A stretch of DNA of 12,633 nucleotides. It comes from Candidatus Heimdallarchaeota archaeon (GTDB lineage: Archaea > Asgardarchaeota > Heimdallarchaeia > Heimdallarchaeales > Heimdallarchaeaceae). Position 1 is the stretch's first letter; every line of letters starts with the position of its first letter. Where the stretch lies: assembly GCA_021399345.1 (NCBI GenBank), contig JAAFKI010000160.1:1-12633 (forward strand), written 5' to 3'. The notes under the pieces were generated by a model that worked only from the letters and a program-made list of their open reading frames with translations, made no database searches and was not told the DNA's origin. The translations under genes and the position numbers were made by a program. Positions 8,644 through 12,633 of this stretch are shown piece after piece.

Positions 8644-9408
8644 ATGTTCGTAATTGGGTTAGATATTGGTTCAACTACTACTAAAGCTGCTGTATTAAAT
8701 TATGAGAAAGAAATACTTAGCTATGAGATTATTCCGACTGGAGCAAATATGATAGAAGCAGAAAAACAAGTCTTTAACACTGTTTTAGAAAAAGCTAATC
8801 TGGAAAGAAATCAAATAGCTAACGTTGTTTCTTCAGGTTATGGAAGAGAAAGATCACGATTTGCTAAGAGTCAAATCACTGAAATTAAAGCAATGACTCT
8901 AGGTGCTGAATATCTATTCCCAGGAGTTAGAACTTTGATTGATGTTGGTGGTCAAGATAATAAAGCCATCAAGATCAAAGAAGGAAAGTTGCAAGATTTC
9001 AAACTGAATGACAAGTGTGCAGCAGGTACTGGTCGATTTTTGGAACTAATCTCAAAGGTTTTGGAGATACCAATAGAAGAAATGTCTAATGTAGCTAAGA
9101 AAGCAAGACGGTTTGAATCTCTCTCAAAGACTTGTGCAGTATTTGCTCAGACAGAAGTAATCAACCTTCTATCCCAAGGTTCTACAGCAGCGGAGATTAT
9201 TCAAGGATCTTACGAATTCATTGCAAAAAGAGTTCTATCAATGGCCACTAGCCTTCGAATCGAACAACCTATCGTTCTTTCAGGAGGAGTAGCAAAAAGT
9301 GAATCACTGGTAAAAATGTTCAATAAAATATCTAATTTGAAGGTTAAAGTCCCAGATGAACCGCAATTATTAGGAGCTATAGGTTCAGCAATTCATGGTT
9401 TAGCTTAA
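8644..9408 (+). CDS. hgdC: ATP-dependent [4Fe-4S] activator of 2-hydroxyacyl-CoA dehydratase (archerase, HgdC/HadI/FldI-like, ASKHA fold)
   Basis: IGLDIGSTTTK, SGYGR, TEI, IDVGGQDNK, NDKCAAGTGRFLE, CAVFAQTEVI, LSGGVAK and GAIGSA. The symbol is family level only. Confidence 0.96.
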   Translation: MFVIGLDIGSTTTKAAVLNYEKEILSYEIIPTGANMIEAEKQVFNTVLEKANLERNQIANVVSSGYGRERSRFAKSQITEIKAMTLGAEYLFPGVRTLIDVGGQDNKAIKIKEGKLQDFKLNDKCAAGTGRFLELISKVLEIPIEEMSNVAKKARRFESLSKTCAVFAQTEVINLLSQGSTAAEIIQGSYEFIAKRVLSMATSLRIEQPIVLSGGVAKSESLVKMFNKISNLKVKVPDEPQLLGAIGSAIHGLA

Positions 9409-9425
9409 TGTTATTTTTCAAGTTA

Positions 9426-10943
9426 TCAAACTTCTTTTTTTCTTTTCCTTCTTGTGACCGTAGAAATAATACAAATTCCGAGAACAAGAATTGTTAGTAT
9501 AGCAAATGGATAGCTCGATTCAAAGTAAGCAATTACTGTGACTAAAACCGTATCTTTTGCATAATTCCCATAAGTATCGTATACAATAATTGTATAATTG
9601 TGGATACCATCAGCAAGATAATCGATATTAATTGAAATGTCCTCGGAACTATCCCATGTATCTGAATCTAATAAATAATCATTTCTGTAAATCTCATAAA
9701 TGTCAGGATTATCATCTATAACAGTCCAATTAACGAAATTACCAAATGTACCAGATTCTACAGTAAAATCATCAGAACCCGTAATCAGTGGAGATTGATC
9801 ATCATATTCAATAGGTATTTCATGTCTAAAATTACGAACCCAGAAGGTGTTATTAAAATTCTCTACATCTCCATCAATATAGAAGAACAACAGAAGCACT
9901 TCATCATACCCACTTATAGTCCAATTGAATTCAAAGTAGTCAAACCCTACTTCTACCCCACTAAATCCAGTGTGAATTATTTCAGGATGAGGAAATAATC
10001 TAGCTTTGGTAACAGGGTCAAATACTCTAACAGCTAGATTCGTTGATAGAGAAGTATCCGAATAAACCTTACCTTCAAATGAAAAAGATATAAAATTTTG
10101 GTTAACGGGAATTAGTGAATAAGCTCCAGCATGGCAATCATATGTTCCAGTACCTGTCTCTTGAAAAATTAGGTGTGAGCTATTAACATTATAGGCAAAA
10201 TCACCTCCACTAATTTCAGTGAGTGAGGGATTTGGACTTGCCCAAGACTTTTTTGTAAATGTACCAAAATGCCAATCGTAATAATTCAGTGGGATAGGTG
10301 AATGTAAACTCTGACTGACGTCTGATTCTTCATTGGTGTAGATCTTGAAATTATTTATCCAAAATTGTAGACTCCAATCAGCGATATAACTATCACTTAT
10401 GTAAAAAAATACGATAACTTCTGTATATCCAGGTAGAGCTACCTTTCCTCCCAAATGATCCCATCCACTATCTAAATTAACTTGATCAATTCCGTTGTAA
10501 AATCTTGGAACATTTTTAATAGGTAGAAGAGTCAAAGGATCGTAAAATCTGATATTTCCATTTCTTACATCGTTGTGGCCAGTAGTTGTTCTGATATCAC
10601 AAGAAAAATGGACACAATCATTTGTCACTGGGATGGTTGCATATACACCAAACCAGCACTGGTAAGTATCCAATTCATGGATATAGATTGATGAATCAGA
10701 TATTGAATATTCAAAAAAATCATCAGAAGTAGTTTCATTCAGTGCTGATTCGTCTGTGTTTATTTTGGTAACATCAGTCCAAGTGAAATCAGTTGGAACA
10801 TAGTAATTTAAACTAGTATCAACAGGATTAGAAGCACCTTCAATACTTAATTTATTATCTGTTTTTTCTTGAGAATAAATACCAATAGAGGATGATGTAA
10901 TTACTAAAAGTATACACACTAAAATACACCCTTTCCTTTTCAT
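9426..10943 (-). CDS. Cell-surface protein B, paralogue of A with the same architecture
   Basis: MKRKGCILVCILLV signal peptide from ATG 10943, preferred over TTG 10961 (TATA CTTAAATA at 10969-10976). Two tandem ~150-aa domains. Ig-like VNWTVIDDNPDIYEIYRN...IDYLADGIHNYTIIVYDTYGN. TM anchor followed by RRKRKKEV. Confidence 0.88.
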   Translation of the reverse strand: MKRKGCILVCILLVITSSSIGIYSQEKTDNKLSIEGASNPVDTSLNYYVPTDFTWTDVTKINTDESALNETTSDDFFEYSISDSSIYIHELDTYQCWFGVYATIPVTNDCVHFSCDIRTTTGHNDVRNGNIRFYDPLTLLPIKNVPRFYNGIDQVNLDSGWDHLGGKVALPGYTEVIVFFYISDSYIADWSLQFWINNFKIYTNEESDVSQSLHSPIPLNYYDWHFGTFTKKSWASPNPSLTEISGGDFAYNVNSSHLIFQETGTGTYDCHAGAYSLIPVNQNFISFSFEGKVYSDTSLSTNLAVRVFDPVTKARLFPHPEIIHTGFSGVEVGFDYFEFNWTISGYDEVLLLFFYIDGDVENFNNTFWVRNFRHEIPIEYDDQSPLITGSDDFTVESGTFGNFVNWTVIDDNPDIYEIYRNDYLLDSDTWDSSEDISINIDYLADGIHNYTIIVYDTYGNYAKDTVLVTVIAYFESSYPFAILTILVLGICIISTVTRRKRKKEV

Positions 10944-11139
10944 AATAGCTTCAGAAAACAATTTAAAATATTTAAGTATTATCGAAAAAAATGGCTTTAC
11001 TTACAGAAAAAAGAGAAAAAGAAAGAAAATCGCTGAAAACTAAAAATTCCCAAGTTAAAGACAGATTTAGTTAAGTAAGGCATGTTCTCAAATTATTCTC
11101 GAGTTTAAATATGAAATTAAAACTAAGAGTACGACAGAC

Positions 11140-12588
11140 ATGGCTATTAGTACATTACCATTATTGAAAAATGGGGAAGAATATCTTTCTCAAAGTAAAA
11201 AAACAATCAAAGGCATCCACGATGAGAATTTATTGGAAGTCTCTATAGCACCAGAAATATTGGTGCAGATGGCTTTACCAATCAATAAGGGGAGTTTTCA
11301 TCATCTTCAAAGTATGCCTATAGATGATATTATTGATATTTATTCTGAAGCTGGAAAGATCTTCATGGATGACATGTTGATCAATGGGGTTAACACTTCT
11401 GTTGATGAATGGTCCGAGCTAATTACTCTTAGCACAGGTATGCCTATACGATTCGTGCGAAATGCACTCAATATGATTCCGCATATTTTCAGAAAGAGTG
11501 AATTGAAGAAGATTCTTCGGGCAAACAGTCCCACAGGTAATCTAGGTATTTATGATAATTTCGTAGATGTTAGAGGGGGAACAAGATTTGGTTGGACACC
11601 AAGAGGAAAGAATGTAGGAGTTGCACTCCCTGGTAATCACCCAGCGGTGAGCTTATTGGGGACACTAATTCCATTGTTCAAAATCCCTGCTCTTATCCGA
11701 GCATCTTCATCAGAACCTTTTACTTCTTTTAGAATCTGCAAGGCTTTATGGGAAGCAGGTCTTCCTCCTGAGACGCTCTTTCACTTCACTACCGACCACT
11801 CCGTTGTCGATACCATTGTTCGTAAATCTGACTTAGGGATTATCTTCGGAAATGAATGGATTCTCAAAGCTTATGAACATGATAGTCGCATCAAAACTTA
11901 TGGACCTGGAAGAAGTAAGGTTCTTGTTGAAATAGAAAACATGACTCCTTCTCTTCTTGATCTATCTGTTGAACTAGCTTATCAGAGCATCAATTATGAC
12001 ACTGGTAGGGGTTGTATAAACGCTTCTGGTATTATTTACAATTCTCCTGAAAGATATGAAGAATTCAGAGATAAACTTGCTGAAAAGCTTGCTTCCTTAG
12101 AACCTTTAGATCCCACGGATCCTAAAGCCGAGATTTCAGCTATGAATCCTGATGCGGCTAGAGGATTGTATAAATTCATTCAAAGTAGGATGGATACAAG
12201 TGTTAAAGATGTTACAGCTAATTTCAGAGACTCTGAAGGTTTCTTACATATCGACGGAAATTTAGCTTTCTTCATGCCCACTCTCTTAGAGTTGAGTGAA
12301 GAACATCAGATGCGAACTGACGAATACCCATTTGCTTTCGGGACTATCTGCAAACCTGATGATTATTTAGCTGAAGAACTAGTAGCAGACTCATTATCTT
12401 TGTCTTATCTTTCCGATAATCCTCAAAAAGCTAAAAGACTACTCAATGATCCATCAATCCATAAGATCTTTGTCAATGATCAAACATTTAAAATGCAAGT
12501 TTCAGCACCTCATGAGGGTTTTCAAGCCGATTTCCTTTATGGAGCTAAAGCATCAAATTATGATGGAATAAACAATATCTTGAAATGA
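11140..12588 (+). CDS. Atypical aldehyde dehydrogenase-fold protein / acyl reductase (GriD/EhpG- or LuxC-like)
   Basis: WTPRGKNVGVALPGNHP (catalytic Asn region), IRASSSEPFT, YGPGRSK (no ELGG general-base Glu), GRGCINASG (catalytic Cys), EYPF and PHEGF. TATA TTTAAATA at 11104-11111. Confidence 0.88.
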   Translation: MAISTLPLLKNGEEYLSQSKKTIKGIHDENLLEVSIAPEILVQMALPINKGSFHHLQSMPIDDIIDIYSEAGKIFMDDMLINGVNTSVDEWSELITLSTGMPIRFVRNALNMIPHIFRKSELKKILRANSPTGNLGIYDNFVDVRGGTRFGWTPRGKNVGVALPGNHPAVSLLGTLIPLFKIPALIRASSSEPFTSFRICKALWEAGLPPETLFHFTTDHSVVDTIVRKSDLGIIFGNEWILKAYEHDSRIKTYGPGRSKVLVEIENMTPSLLDLSVELAYQSINYDTGRGCINASGIIYNSPERYEEFRDKLAEKLASLEPLDPTDPKAEISAMNPDAARGLYKFIQSRMDTSVKDVTANFRDSEGFLHIDGNLAFFMPTLLELSEEHQMRTDEYPFAFGTICKPDDYLAEELVADSLSLSYLSDNPQKAKRLLNDPSIHKIFVNDQTFKMQVSAPHEGFQADFLYGAKASNYDGINNILK

Positions 12589-12613
12589 CTTTTTCCATTT
12601 CTTTTTCTCTTTT
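12589..12613 (+). terminator. Pyrimidine/oligo-T terminator after the ALDH-like gene
   Basis: CTTTTTCCATTTCTTTTTCTCTTTT directly follows the TGA. Confidence 0.55.
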
Positions 12614-12633
12614 AGTTTCTCTTCATCTTCAAG

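Noticed and set aside
11340-11534. 64-aa minus-strand ORF
   Set aside because: Antisense shadow of the ALDH-like gene.
11009-12613. 16-bp inverted repeat (AAAAGAGAAAAAGAAA at 11009-11024 and TTTCTTTTTCTCTTTT at 12598-12613) flanking the ALDH-like gene
   Set aside because: Low-complexity purine/pyrimidine tracts with no transposase or target-site duplication. The right copy is explained as a terminator.
12553-12633. Possible 3' end of a convergent minus-strand gene
   Set aside because: Too little sequence to choose between a frame ending at 12612 and one overlapping the ALDH-like gene end.

Overview
AT-rich, densely coding archaeal window. TATA boxes lie about 21-28 nt upstream of most start codons, and the surface proteins carry Ig-like domains of a style typical of Asgard archaea (possibly Heimdallarchaeia; the taxon is inferred, not proven). 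Eleven genes are supported. In order: a secreted M14 zinc carboxypeptidase truncated at the left edge and absent from the ORF track, a class I SAM methyltransferase, a 2-TM zinc-ribbon protein, a hypothetical protein, surface protein A, an MBL-fold hydrolase, two 2-hydroxyacyl-CoA dehydratase-family subunits with their ATP-dependent [4Fe-4S] activator, surface protein B, and an atypical ALDH-fold reductase resembling GriD/EhpG or LuxC. Surface proteins A and B are paralogues, each with two copies of an unrecognised ~150-aa domain, and they bracket the MBL and radical-enzyme cassette. No RNA genes, CRISPR arrays or mobile elements were seen.
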